IMG/VR virus record: IMGVR_UViG_3300037346_000419
Span: 17,327 to 81,326 of that record
Reading direction: 5' to 3' (one strand)
Length of the DNA stretch: 64,000 nt
Origin: a virus
Position numbers and translations under genes: made by a program. Below are positions 18,731 to 28,532 of this stretch, piece after piece (positions within the stretch are counted from its first letter, which is position 1; the number at the start of each line of letters is the position of its first letter). Under the pieces are notes generated by a model. The model was not told where the DNA came from and made no database searches. It saw nothing but the letters and a program-made list of their open reading frames with translations.

Positions 18731-19837
18731 CTAAATTTTCTCATTTATATATTTTATTTTTTCTTTATTAAAATTTTCTAATGTGGAAGCTACCCACTTT
18801 TCATCTTGTGTGTTTTTTAAACAAATTATCCATATAGTAGCTTTATAATTGATTTGTTCTAATAATACTCTACTAATTTTTTGACTTGTCATACCATTTT
18901 TATCTGAATCAGCTTGTATTAAAATTAAATGGTCAATGTTCTTATAAGTAAATCCTATACCTCCAGAATTTACCATAGCAATTGTGTCAATTTCTCCTGA
19001 TTGAAATTTTTTTAAATCCTCATTTGTAGTTTTACTATGATAAGTATTTTTACAAATATCTTCAGCTTGTTTAATATTTGCTGTAAATATTAATTTCTTA
19101 CCTTTCAACTGACTTATTAAAATTTTTGCAGCTTTAAATTTACTTGTAGAATTATGAATTAATCTCATTCTATTTAGTATTTTAAATTTTAAAAATTTAT
19201 TCTCATTATTTTCTATTGCTATTGCTATACTTTGAGATAAATAATTATAATTAGCTAGTTCTGAAGTTAAAAAAGTATTGTTTTTATTTCCTACTTTTAA
19301 ATTCTTTTCATTACTAAGATTCACATTTAAAACTTTAATTTCATAATTAGATAATATTCCAATATTAACAGCTTCATTTATAGATAATCTATATAATAAA
19401 GGTAGTTTTAATTTTCTATACAAATCTTTCTTATTTTCATGTTTTGTTTGTGTTCCTGTCATAAAAATTGTTTGATTACTTTTTAATTTACCATTTAACA
19501 TAGTTTCTAAATTATTTTCAGTAGCAAATTGTTCTTCATCACCTATAATTATATCGTAGTGTCCTTCAATTTTATTTAAAGATGCCCAGGTAACAGTTGT
19601 TAACTTTTTAAGATAAGCTTTAGCTTTCCACTTTACAAATTCTTGAGGTATATCTTCTTCAGCTAATTTAGCAGAAGGAGTAATCCAAAGAATTGTTTTT
19701 GGTTTTACTTTTTTGATAATATCAATCGCAATTTTTGTTTTTCCACATCTAGGAGCTAATAGAAGTCTACCATGTAATTTTGAAGGTAAACTATCTAATA
19801 TTTCTTTTTGAGTTTGATTTTTTTCTTTACTTGTCAT
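18731..19837 (-). CDS. Superfamily 2 helicase
   Basis: APRCGKT, IIGDEEQ, MTGT, and C-terminal helicase motifs. Confidence 0.8.
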   Translation of the reverse strand: MTSKEKNQTQKEILDSLPSKLHGRLLLAPRCGKTKIAIDIIKKVKPKTILWITPSAKLAEEDIPQEFVKWKAKAYLKKLTTVTWASLNKIEGHYDIIIGDEEQFATENNLETMLNGKLKSNQTIFMTGTQTKHENKKDLYRKLKLPLLYRLSINEAVNIGILSNYEIKVLNVNLSNEKNLKVGNKNNTFLTSELANYNYLSQSIAIAIENNENKFLKFKILNRMRLIHNSTSKFKAAKILISQLKGKKLIFTANIKQAEDICKNTYHSKTTNEDLKKFQSGEIDTIAMVNSGGIGFTYKNIDHLILIQADSDKNGMTSQKISRVLLEQINYKATIWIICLKNTQDEKWVASTLENFNKEKIKYINEKI

Positions 19838-20037
19838 GCTATAGCTGTTATTCGATATTTAATTGTTATTAAAAAACACTCTGGTTTAAAGTCTTCAGGT
19901 AACATAGGAGAAGTAAACAAATCACTATTCTTATCTGTTATAATAAGAATAGGAATTTGCATATTTTTTAAAAGTATATCTGGTAAAAGATTTAATTGTT
20001 CTGTATTAAATACAGCATAAATATTTACATCAAACAT
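19834..20037 (-). CDS. Hypothetical protein
   Basis: 67-aa ORF overlapping the helicase start. Confidence 0.5.
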   Translation of the reverse strand: MFDVNIYAVFNTEQLNLLPDILLKNMQIPILIITDKNSDLFTSPMLPEDFKPECFLITIKYRITAIA

Positions 20038-20270
20038 CTTTTTTAATTAAATTAAGTGCTTTTTGTAATCCTTTTTCTTTAGTTAAAACTGTTGTTTCAA
20101 ATTTTATAATTTCATCTTTCATTTTAAATAATTTTTAATTTTTCATTTTGCTGCTGTACTTTTTCTACACATTTACCACATAAGTCTCGCATATAAAATA
20201 GGTAGTAAGAAACATAAAATGGTTTACCACAAAGACATTGTTTTAATCTATCTTTCGTATCTTTCATATC

Positions 20271-22268
20271 TTAATGGCAATCTGCATAATTTAAACCCCA
20301 ATCCATACTAATATTAATTTCTACATTTAACTTAATTTGTTCATTTGTTTCTATAATACTTTTCTCTAATATTTTTTCCATTTTTTCTTTTTTATCTTTT
20401 TTACATAAAAGTAATATTTCATCATGATACTGTAAAAGTATATTCATATAATTAGTATCTAATTTATTTTTTACATTTCTAACCCAAGTATCAAAAAAAT
20501 AAACTCCTGCACTCTGATTGAGGGTCGAAAATTTATCTTTATCTGCTTTAAGAAAATAATAAAAACCACTAACAGGGTTATATAACCATTTTTGTTTTTG
20601 GTTTATTACTACATATTCTTTTTTATAAACTTTATTACCTTTTTCATCTACAAAATCTAAAACTAATTTTTGTACCCAATTTTTACTATCAACTATTATT
20701 ACTTTTGTGTCTTTTGCAGTCTGTTTAACTGCTTTATTTCTTTCCCAATAAGTTTTATGTAATATTGTAGCAAAAGCTATATCACATTTAAGTGTTAAAG
20801 CTATTTTAGCTGGGCCAGCACCATAAGTTGCAGAAAAATTAACTACTTTAGCTTTATTTCTAACAACTTTAATAATTTTTAATCTACCCTGTTCATCAGA
20901 GGTAAAAATATAAGTTTTATCTTTAGATTCACACCATTTAAAAAATACTTCATCATCTTTAGTTAGCATACCTGCTAAAACAGCTATATCAATATGAGGG
21001 TCAAATCCTGGTACTCTCATTGCATTTACATAATCAGGGTCATAAAAATATATAAAATGCTGTTTGGTATTATCCTCTAAACCACTAACATCACTACCAC
21101 ACATAATATAAGAATCATCAGGTACTATTAAAGCCCCTCTAATTTGTTCTCCATAATATGTATTTACTTTTGGTAAATTTGATATAGGTTTCTTATGTTT
21201 TAACCTTATAGTATTAGTAAAACCTTGAGCAGAAGCATAAACTTTGTTATTTTCATCTTTATTTTCTATATAAGATTTAAATAATCCATATCTATGTTTT
21301 GCTTTATACAAACCTTCAAGAGATTCTAAATAAGGATAATCTTCAAATAAATATTTTACACTTTGACATAATCCTCCTCCAAATGGTAAAGATACTTGAG
21401 GTAAATTTTCACCTGTACTTTTACTAATTTTAAAAGTTTGAGGTTGCCAATTTAAACTAAATAACCAAGTTTGTAATTGTTTATGAGAACCTGGATTAGG
21501 TCTTTCTCTTACTTCTTCAGTTTCTTTAGGTAAATTATTCTCTTTTAAATAATCAAACCATTTTTCTCCATAATTAGATAATGTTCCATCTATTTTATAT
21601 AGTTTTTTTGGTTTAGATTTTAACAATTTACCTAATTCTTTTGGCATATTTAAAGATAATTCTTCTATTTTTTCTTCAATTTCAAACTCTAAGTTTAACA
21701 TTGATTCTTGAATTAAATTAATATCTAAATCAATACCAATACTTTCTTGGTCTTTTAAACAAAGCATTTTAAAATTTAAGTAAGAAAACACTCTATTTAT
21801 TTTATCTAAATTTCCATAGACATTCATAGCATAATCCATTTGATAGTGGAACAATCTAGTGTTTATTTCAACATCAGATTCACACCTATTAATATAAACA
21901 GCTACTGGTTGATTTCCCCAATCAGTTATTTTAGGTTTTAAAAAACCTAATCTTTCTCCCCAAAATTCTAAACCATGTTTGAAACCTTTTACAGGATATT
22001 GATACCAAGATATAGCTAGAGTATCATATACTTTATTAAGAATTTTAATATTTAATATTTTTTCTAAAGCTGGTATATCATATCTTATAATATTATGTCC
22101 AACTAAAATATAATCTTTTTGTATAAATTCAATTATATCTTTATGTAACACTAGACTGTTTTTTTCAATTAAAGTTTTGTTTTCATAAATAGCATAAGAA
22201 AAACAGTGTGTTTTAGTGATTTTATCTAGTAAGTTATCAGCTTCAATATCAAATATACAATACTTCAT
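20271..22268 (-). CDS. polA: DNA polymerase, family A, with 3'-5' exonuclease
   Basis: FDIEAD, GHNIIRYD and RCESDV (Exo I-III); GSDVSGLE (motif A), RNKAKVVNFSATYG (motif B), YHDE (motif C). Confidence 0.93.
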   Translation of the reverse strand: MKYCIFDIEADNLLDKITKTHCFSYAIYENKTLIEKNSLVLHKDIIEFIQKDYILVGHNIIRYDIPALEKILNIKILNKVYDTLAISWYQYPVKGFKHGLEFWGERLGFLKPKITDWGNQPVAVYINRCESDVEINTRLFHYQMDYAMNVYGNLDKINRVFSYLNFKMLCLKDQESIGIDLDINLIQESMLNLEFEIEEKIEELSLNMPKELGKLLKSKPKKLYKIDGTLSNYGEKWFDYLKENNLPKETEEVRERPNPGSHKQLQTWLFSLNWQPQTFKISKSTGENLPQVSLPFGGGLCQSVKYLFEDYPYLESLEGLYKAKHRYGLFKSYIENKDENNKVYASAQGFTNTIRLKHKKPISNLPKVNTYYGEQIRGALIVPDDSYIMCGSDVSGLEDNTKQHFIYFYDPDYVNAMRVPGFDPHIDIAVLAGMLTKDDEVFFKWCESKDKTYIFTSDEQGRLKIIKVVRNKAKVVNFSATYGAGPAKIALTLKCDIAFATILHKTYWERNKAVKQTAKDTKVIIVDSKNWVQKLVLDFVDEKGNKVYKKEYVVINQKQKWLYNPVSGFYYFLKADKDKFSTLNQSAGVYFFDTWVRNVKNKLDTNYMNILLQYHDEILLLCKKDKKEKMEKILEKSIIETNEQIKLNVEINISMDWGLNYADCH

Positions 22269-22270
22269 AT

Positions 22271-22540
22271 TTATACTATTTCAAAACCATGTATTACATT
22301 ACCATCTGTAAGTGTTACATTATTTATATATTTATTTCTTGGAGATAATTGAATTTCTTCATTAGTCCAACATAAAAATATTTCTTTTTCAATATAATTA
22401 TCTTCTTCATTATTTATTAAAGCATATACATATATTTTATTATTATGGGTTGTAAGTTTTAAAATTTCATGTTGAATTGGTAGCTTAATTATATTTTTTC
22501 CTCTTATTTTAAGAAGATATTTATGTATTTTTTGTGACAT
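22271..22540 (-). CDS. Hypothetical phage protein
   Basis: 89-aa ORF. Confidence 0.6.
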   Translation of the reverse strand: MSQKIHKYLLKIRGKNIIKLPIQHEILKLTTHNNKIYVYALINNEEDNYIEKEIFLCWTNEEIQLSPRNKYINNVTLTDGNVIHGFEIV

Positions 22541-22799
22541 TTTCTTTTTTTAATTTATCTAATTTAATAATTTGTGGTCTACCCTTAAAAAATAAAGAGG
22601 TCATATTACCTTTTGGTCTACTACGATAAAAAATTTTATATTCATTATTGTATATAATATGACTGCTTAGTAAATATATACCTCTTATTTTTCTAGGTCT
22701 CATAAACATTTTACTTTTATTCCAGTTATTTACTTTAAATAGTAAACAGTAAATAAAACAATTTCCGTATTTAAGATTAAATGTCTTGATGTTTCTCAT
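22521..22799 (-). CDS. Hypothetical protein
   Basis: 92-aa basic ORF. Confidence 0.5.
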   Translation of the reverse strand: MRNIKTFNLKYGNCFIYCLLFKVNNWNKSKMFMRPRKIRGIYLLSSHIIYNNEYKIFYRSRPKGNMTSLFFKGRPQIIKLDKLKKENVTKNT

Positions 22800-23139
22800 T
22801 GGCTAATTTTTATTTTCAGAATACCTATCTATAATAGATACTAACATTTTTAGGTTTTTTCTATACGTTTTTCTATTTTCTTTTGCATACTTTAACTGTA
22901 GTTCAAGGTTTTTAATTTTATCATTAAACTCATTTTCCATTTTACTAATAGTTACACTTACACCAGTCATAAAACTTTTTTTATTTTCAGCTTCATTGTA
23001 GCATATTTGCGAAGGGCAAACCTGCGCCTATACCCGATACGTTATATATCAATCGTAAATAGTTTAACTTCCTGTCCATCCAAAAGGCCTTTTTTATTGG
23101 CTAACTTAGCACTAACTTTTTTTATTGGCTTGCGTGGTT

Positions 23140-23715
23140 TCATAATGCTAATTTTAAAGCTGCAACTATTGCTAATCCGCTTCTCCAAAACCAATTCTCT
23201 TTTTTACTGGCTTTTAACTTCTTACTTTTTTTGGCTAACTCACTATCTTTGGTCAAAACCTTATTAGCTAAAATTTGGTTTTGTTTTGTTACCAATGCTA
23301 TGCTGCTATCCTGATAACGTATTATTTTTGTTTTGGCTCGGCTTTCTACTTTGCACCCCTCATTACTTTCAAAGTAGTATAAGGCAGTTTGTTGGCAGCT
23401 ATCCAGCTCACTCATTAAGTAATCAGTATCAAAAAGCAATTCATCAATTTTGCCCTCATTTTCTATGGTGTAATACTTCCAAATGACTTTGGGTATCTCT
23501 TTGTACCTTTTAATAGCTTGTGTACGTGATAGCGTTCTTAATGCGCTATCCTTTAATCTGTTTTGCTCTATGTAGAAGATTAAGCTATCCTTGCTTATTG
23601 TGATGCTATCCTTGTAGTGGTTTTTTATTATTGGCTCAACTGGCTTTTTGCAGTACATCACACCGCAAAATATTGTAAGCAAGCCAAGGATTATAATTAT
23701 TGTTCTATTGCTCAT
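23140..23715 (-). CDS. Membrane-anchored coiled-coil protein (spanin-like architecture)
   Basis: N-terminal hydrophobic helix, coiled coil and hydrophobic C-terminus; visibly higher GC than its flanks. Confidence 0.55.
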   Translation of the reverse strand: MSNRTIIIILGLLTIFCGVMYCKKPVEPIIKNHYKDSITISKDSLIFYIEQNRLKDSALRTLSRTQAIKRYKEIPKVIWKYYTIENEGKIDELLFDTDYLMSELDSCQQTALYYFESNEGCKVESRAKTKIIRYQDSSIALVTKQNQILANKVLTKDSELAKKSKKLKASKKENWFWRSGLAIVAALKLAL

Positions 23716-23869
23716 ATACTTTCTTAATCAAAATTTCCTCACCACTTGATTATGGTGTCTGTTTGGCTAATCGAGCCAAGAACACCACTTAAATTTGTTG
23801 TTGTTGCACTCACACTTACTGCAATTAGCATGGTGAAAATTAATATTATCTTTTTCATTTTGTTTATTA

Positions 23870-24082
23870 TTAATAGTTTTTTAAAAAATTCTCTGTTCTT
23901 TTAAAATAACCTCTAGTAACAGATATAAAGTGTCCTGAGTTTTCATTTATATCTAATTTTTTTTTAGTTGTTTTAAACATCTTTGGTAAAGATGGATATT
24001 TGTTTTTATCTTTTGGTAATGCTTTTAACATTTTATGTATTTTAAATACATTTTTTACTTTAAATTCTCTTTCTATTTTCAT
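23870..24082 (-). CDS. Small basic hypothetical protein
   Basis: 70-aa ORF directly downstream of the tmRNA. Confidence 0.45.
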   Translation of the reverse strand: MKIEREFKVKNVFKIHKMLKALPKDKNKYPSLPKMFKTTKKKLDINENSGHFISVTRGYFKRTENFLKNY

Positions 24083-24105
24083 TTTTATTTATTTTAATTT
24101 TTTTG

Positions 24106-24485
24106 AGGAGCTGGAGGGTATTGAACCCTCGTCTAGCCTAACTTTTAGTAATAAAATTATACAAGTTTTTATTATATTTCTTTTAATTCTTTATATTAGA
24201 ATATAGGGGTCAACCAGTTAAGATTAACTTTCACCAATTGATTTCTTTTATACTTATAAATCAATAAATAAGTTTTTTGTCATAAGAACTACTACGCAGC
24301 AGTTAACACTAACTCTTCTGTTTCTACCTGAGCTAAGGCAATCGTTTTAGGATTAGAAATCTCTAAAGACGAAATGATTACATTACTGTTGCCATTTAAA
24401 ATTTAATAATCAATTTTTAATGTGTAGATTATCAACCACATACTTGTTTTATTACCTATATTATCTATCAAATCCATTCAGCCCC
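24106..24485 (-). ncRNA. ssrA: tmRNA
   Basis: 5' GGGGCTG pairs with 3' CAGCTCC including G3.U. T-arm GAGGG-TTCAATA-CCCTC. Internal tag frame 24393-24295 ends ...LTAA followed by TAG TAG. Confidence 0.9.
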
Positions 24486-24598
24486 TGATAATAAAATACA
24501 TGTTTGTTTATAAGTTTTTCTCATTAATTTCTTGAGTAAACAACCTGGTATTAATTTTTGATAAGCTACCAGAACTTTCTCTTATCTACATGTATTAA

Positions 24599-24637
24599 AT
24601 TAGTGCAAAGATAAGTAAAATTTATCTTTGCACTAAT
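24599..24637. promoter_or_regulatory. Perfect 16-bp inverted repeat carrying a TATCTTTG -7 box on both strands
   Basis: ATTAGTGCAAAGATAA-GTAAAAT-TTATCTTTGCACTAAT, about 115 nt upstream of the tmRNA. Confidence 0.7.
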
Positions 24638-24818
24638 ATTTTTAAAGTCTTTGCATACTATTTATAGCAGAAAGATTAAGTTTTTCAATGTAAGTAGAAT
24701 TTAATCTCTTACTGATTTTTGTTCCAAGCTCTTTCATATCCATGATGGCTTGTTTTTTTGCTTGTTTAAAAGCTGTGTCTGTGTTAATTTTTGTTAAGTT
24801 TTGCATTTTATTTTTTAT

Positions 24819-25028
24819 TTATAATTCTTCAATATTTAAATTTGTTACTTCTTCACTAATAGATTCTAAATATTCTATAGTTTCTCGTTGTGTTTCTGTA
24901 AAATTTTCTTCATAAAACTTTTTATATTCATGAATTTCATCCTGTAATAAAGCGTTTAAATTTTTAATTTCTTTTAAAAGAATTACAAATTTTTTAGCAT
25001 ACTTTATTTTTTCGTAGTTTATTGCCAT
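24819..25028 (-). CDS. Hypothetical protein
   Basis: Likely starts at MAINYEK, because the longer track version overlaps the tRNA. Confidence 0.5.
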   Translation of the reverse strand: MAINYEKIKYAKKFVILLKEIKNLNALLQDEIHEYKKFYEENFTETQRETIEYLESISEEVTNLNIEEL

Positions 25029-25044
25029 GTTATTTTTTATTTTG

Positions 25045-25127
25045 TGGTCAAAGCGAGAATCGAACTCGCACTCCAAATTGGAACAAGATTTTAAGTCTTG
25101 CGTGTCTACCTATTCCACCATTTGACC
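25045..25127 (-). tRNA. tRNA-Leu (UAA)
   Basis: GGTCAAA/TTTGACC acceptor stem, D arm GTGGAATAGGTAGACAC, anticodon arm CAAGA-CTTAAAA-TCTTG, long variable arm, T arm GCGAG-TTCGATT-CTCGC. Confidence 0.93.
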
Positions 25128-25134
25128 AACTTAC

Positions 25135-25371
25135 TTATTGTAAGTTTTCTTTTAAATCTGATATACTAATTAAAGTCATTTCAGTTTTAAAATCTTTAAG
25201 ATTATTATAAGCATTATATCCTCTATGAACATTTGAATTATCAAATCCATAATAAGTATATAAGTGTGTTACAATAATACCTGAATTATCTCTAAACCAT
25301 CTTGCAAACCATGTTGCATCAGGATTAATAGAATCTATTATAACAACCCAATTTTCTGGAAACTTATTCAT
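25135..25371 (-). CDS. Hypothetical protein
   Basis: 78-aa ORF. Confidence 0.55.
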   Translation of the reverse strand: MNKFPENWVVIIDSINPDATWFARWFRDNSGIIVTHLYTYYGFDNSNVHRGYNAYNNLKDFKTEMTLISISDLKENLQ

Positions 25372-25373
25372 AT

Positions 25374-25772
25374 TTAAAATTTAAAATCCCAAGATTTACC
25401 CAAATTTAAATGAGCATCAAAAGAATCTATTAATTTTCCCGTTTGAATATTTTTAATCTTCCAGGATATATAGACTTTATTACCTGTTGGTACACCTACA
25501 TATAAATATTTAGTTTCTAAAGGTATATTAAAAGTTGTAAAAGAACTATCAGAGTAGTCTTTTTGAACTAGAGTTTCAGTCCAACCTGATTTATACTCAA
25601 CTTGAGCTGAAACTCTGTAAATAGCTTTATTATCTTTAACTTTTATTGAAAAAACAAGTTCTTCTTGAGGAAGTAATGTTTTTTGTGGTATAACTTCTTT
25701 TTGACAAGAAGTTAAAATAAAAGCTACTGACAATATTGTTATTAATTTTAGTAAGTTATTTATTTTTTTCAT
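25374..25772 (-). CDS. Lipoprotein
   Basis: Signal peptide with an LTSC lipobox. Confidence 0.7.
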   Translation of the reverse strand: MKKINNLLKLITILSVAFILTSCQKEVIPQKTLLPQEELVFSIKVKDNKAIYRVSAQVEYKSGWTETLVQKDYSDSSFTTFNIPLETKYLYVGVPTGNKVYISWKIKNIQTGKLIDSFDAHLNLGKSWDFKF

Positions 25773-25783
25773 GTTATTTATTT

Positions 25784-26173
25784 TTACGAATTTAACATTT
25801 TTAAGATATAATCTGTAAATTTCTTTTGAAGTTTTCTAGCTTGTTCATGAGAAATTTCTATAATTAAGTTTGACCAACCTCTAACAATAAACATATCTAT
25901 TTTATTTTGATTTTCATCTAAAATATAAAAATCTGTGTTGTTTTCTAAATAAAACTTTTTATTAAGACTGTTAGGGCCACCATTAATTATATTTACTATT
26001 TGTTTACAAATGTCTTCTTCTAAATCAAACTCAAACATTAAAGATACATTTCCTGTATCTGACATAGCAAAACTTCCAAATTCATCATACTCTAAAGGAA
26101 GTTTGTAATAATTTTTTACTTTTATACACATTAATACTTCTGTATTAACTAATTGATTTTCTTTTTGTTCCAT
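25784..26173 (-). CDS. Hypothetical protein
   Basis: 129-aa ORF. Confidence 0.6.
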   Translation of the reverse strand: MEQKENQLVNTEVLMCIKVKNYYKLPLEYDEFGSFAMSDTGNVSLMFEFDLEEDICKQIVNIINGGPNSLNKKFYLENNTDFYILDENQNKIDMFIVRGWSNLIIEISHEQARKLQKKFTDYILKMLNS

Positions 26174-26207
26174 TTTTTTATTATATGTTTAAGTTTTTAT
26201 TTTAAAT

Positions 26208-26462
26208 TTAATTAACTGTTTGATATATTGGGTACTTTGGACTTCTATCTATTTCAATTCTTATATCTATAGTCTTTTGAATAAAGATTGGATATAAAGG
26301 TTTTAAATTTGATTTAATTATTTTTTCTCCTTTGTAATTCTCTCTTTCTATCCAATATTTTCTTAATCTGGATAAATTTATTGAGCAAATTCTCTTGCTT
26401 TCAATATTTTCCACTTCTTTTTCAGAAAATTCCCAATTTTTGGATTTTATATTTTTTACACT
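26208..26462 (-). CDS. Hypothetical protein
   Basis: Short ORF in the early-gene run; start uncertain. Confidence 0.45.
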   Translation of the reverse strand, partial: SVKNIKSKNWEFSEKEVENIESKRICSINLSRLRKYWIERENYKGEKIIKSNLKPLYPIFIQKTIDIRIEIDRSPKYPIYQTVN

Positions 26463-26621
26463 CATTTTATTAGTCAATTATTTTAAATGTGGAACAATCA
26501 AAGGCTTTGCAAATTTCTGCTTTGGTTAGTTTTTTTGGCTCGTTACCTTGCGCCACTTGTTCTACTAATGCCATTTCTTTGTATGGGCTTATTAAATCTT
26601 TAATTTTCATATTTTTAATTA

Positions 26622-26846
26622 TTATTTCTTTATTATTACACCATTTGGATAAAGTTCTTTTTGAACTCCTATATACAAGTCATTTATTTCTTCCCAATCC
26701 TCTTCTACTGGTAATATTATTGTTTGATTTAAAATTTCTTCATATATTTCTATATAACTATGATACTCATATTTTCTTTCACTTTTAAGTTTAGCTATTT
26801 TAGAATCTAGTTCTTCTTTTCTTTCTTTTGTTATGTATATACTCAT
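26622..26846 (-). CDS. Hypothetical protein
   Basis: 74-aa ORF. Confidence 0.55.
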   Translation of the reverse strand: MSIYITKERKEELDSKIAKLKSERKYEYHSYIEIYEEILNQTIILPVEEDWEEINDLYIGVQKELYPNGVIIKK

Positions 26847-26884
26847 AATATTTTATTTTTCATATTTTCTATTTAATTTATTTG

Positions 26885-27014
26885 TAGTGAGGACAGGACT
26901 CGAACCTGCACTGCTGTTTTTACCCCAAGGTCAAGCCATTTCTGACACGGCAACCTTTATCGAAATTATTTTGGGTAGGTTGATAATTGCGTTTACCAGT
27001 TCCGCCACCTCACT
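26885..27014 (-). ncRNA. tRNA-like RNA with an expanded, non-canonical anticodon/variable region
   Basis: Acceptor AGTGAGG/CCTCACT-A, Leu-type D arm GCGGAACTGGTAAACGC and T arm GCAGG-TTCGAGT-CCTGT. The ~78-nt middle has no canonical anticodon arm. Confidence 0.7.
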
Positions 27015-27077
27015 ATTTAAAATAAAACCACTTTGTCTTTCTAATTGAGAGTATTAAATAATAAATGTTATTAACAA

Positions 27078-27623
27078 TTACTCAACACATATATCTAATT
27101 TACCTTTTTTTTGTTTAGCTAATTCAATGTATTTATCTAAATCTTTTTGAGTGTAATTATCTTCAAGTTTAGGCAATTTAATTTTAAGGTTAGGTTCTAT
27201 TTCAGACATATTTATATGTCTTGCTATATGATTATAATCAGTAAGAAGCCCTTGTCTTAAATAATTAATAGCTACTTCAAAATATTTTACATATAATTTA
27301 TTATCTGAATTATTTATTTTTAGTAAATTATATAAAGATGTACGATATCTAATAATTGAGTCGTCATATCTAATAATTGAGTCGTTATAAGGCTTACATA
27401 TCTGTTTTTGTAAGTTTTTATGTAAGTTTTCAGAGTTTATATTACAAATTTTTAATATAGTATTGGTTGCAGCACAACCATAGCATATTTTTTTATTGTT
27501 ATTATAGTTTCCAAATGTGAACATGTCAATTTCAGTTATTGGATTTTGAAGTCCTTCTACCATTGCCATAATGATTTCTTTTGCAGTCATTGACTGGATT
27601 GTTTTTTTAAATGTTTTTTTCAT
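27078..27623 (-). CDS. Hypothetical protein
   Basis: 181 aa with CYGCAA and a 21-bp tandem duplication (DSIIRY twice). Confidence 0.6.
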   Translation of the reverse strand: MKKTFKKTIQSMTAKEIIMAMVEGLQNPITEIDMFTFGNYNNNKKICYGCAATNTILKICNINSENLHKNLQKQICKPYNDSIIRYDDSIIRYRTSLYNLLKINNSDNKLYVKYFEVAINYLRQGLLTDYNHIARHINMSEIEPNLKIKLPKLEDNYTQKDLDKYIELAKQKKGKLDICVE

Positions 27624-28029
27624 GTTTAATTTACATGTTTATGAGTTTAAATAATTGTGAATAAAAGGCTATTATTAATATGGCTATAGAAAAGCTATAT
27701 TTTAAATAGTTTAAAAAAGTGTGAATGGGGTTAGCACAACACTCACTTAACAAACTGATTATAAACAAGTTACAACTGAAAAATCAACATAAAATTGACT
27801 CAATTTAACACTTATTTATTGCATACCATGACATATTGTTAATAAAATGTTAGTAAAATAATCTATGAATAAGAAAAACTATGAAATAATTGAAATAAAA
27901 CAATTATTTTACATACCTCATTTATAATCAGTAACTAACCCCGAAATTTTCACACCGTTATCTTGATTGGATTTAATTGTTTACATTCAAAAACAAAAAA
28001 ATAAAAATTAGTAAGGCGTTTTAATAAAA

Positions 28030-28059
28030 ATAACAGCAGAGATTACTCCCTGCTGTTAT
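28030..28059 (-). terminator. Rho-independent terminator
   Basis: ATAACAGCAGGGA-GTAA-TCTCTGCTGTTAT followed by a T-run, just after the stop of 28070..28501. Confidence 0.75.
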
Positions 28060-28069
28060 CATTTAATTA

Positions 28070-28501
28070 CTACAAAGCATTTGTAGCTGCGTTTTCAGCT
28101 TCTGTGGTAACAGACTCTGCAACATCTTCAGTAATCCAAGTATCAAAAGCATTCATGTCCTCAGTATACACTGTTTTCATAAATGATTCTTTACCATTTG
28201 TCAAAACTGATTCACCTGTTGTTGGGTTAATCTTTGGTGCTTGACCTGGAATAAAAGGCTCAAAAGATTGCAAAAGAATAATCTTACCTGGAAGGATTTG
28301 ACCATCTTTTAAGTCACGAGATTGCATTGATTTGGTTTTACCCATAATCATAGCACTGCGATTGGATTCTACTTCCCAACCATTTTTGTCATAAGATAAG
28401 CTCTTAGACTTTACAACATAATAGCTAAACTCTGGGTTTGCTGTTTGTGTAGTTACGGCTCCTGTTTCAGGATGCGCTGAGATTCTAACTGTATTCTTCA
28501 T
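28070..28501 (-). CDS. Hypothetical early protein
   Basis: 143 aa, flanked by terminators, with more balanced base composition than the rest of the genome. Confidence 0.7.
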   Translation of the reverse strand: MKNTVRISAHPETGAVTTQTANPEFSYYVVKSKSLSYDKNGWEVESNRSAMIMGKTKSMQSRDLKDGQILPGKIILLQSFEPFIPGQAPKINPTTGESVLTNGKESFMKTVYTEDMNAFDTWITEDVAESVTTEAENAATNAL

Positions 28502-28532
28502 GTGATTCTATATATAACGCCTTATTGGCCTA

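Noticed and set aside
27345-27385. 21-bp tandem duplication
   Set aside because: Ordinary in-frame slippage duplication with only two copies.
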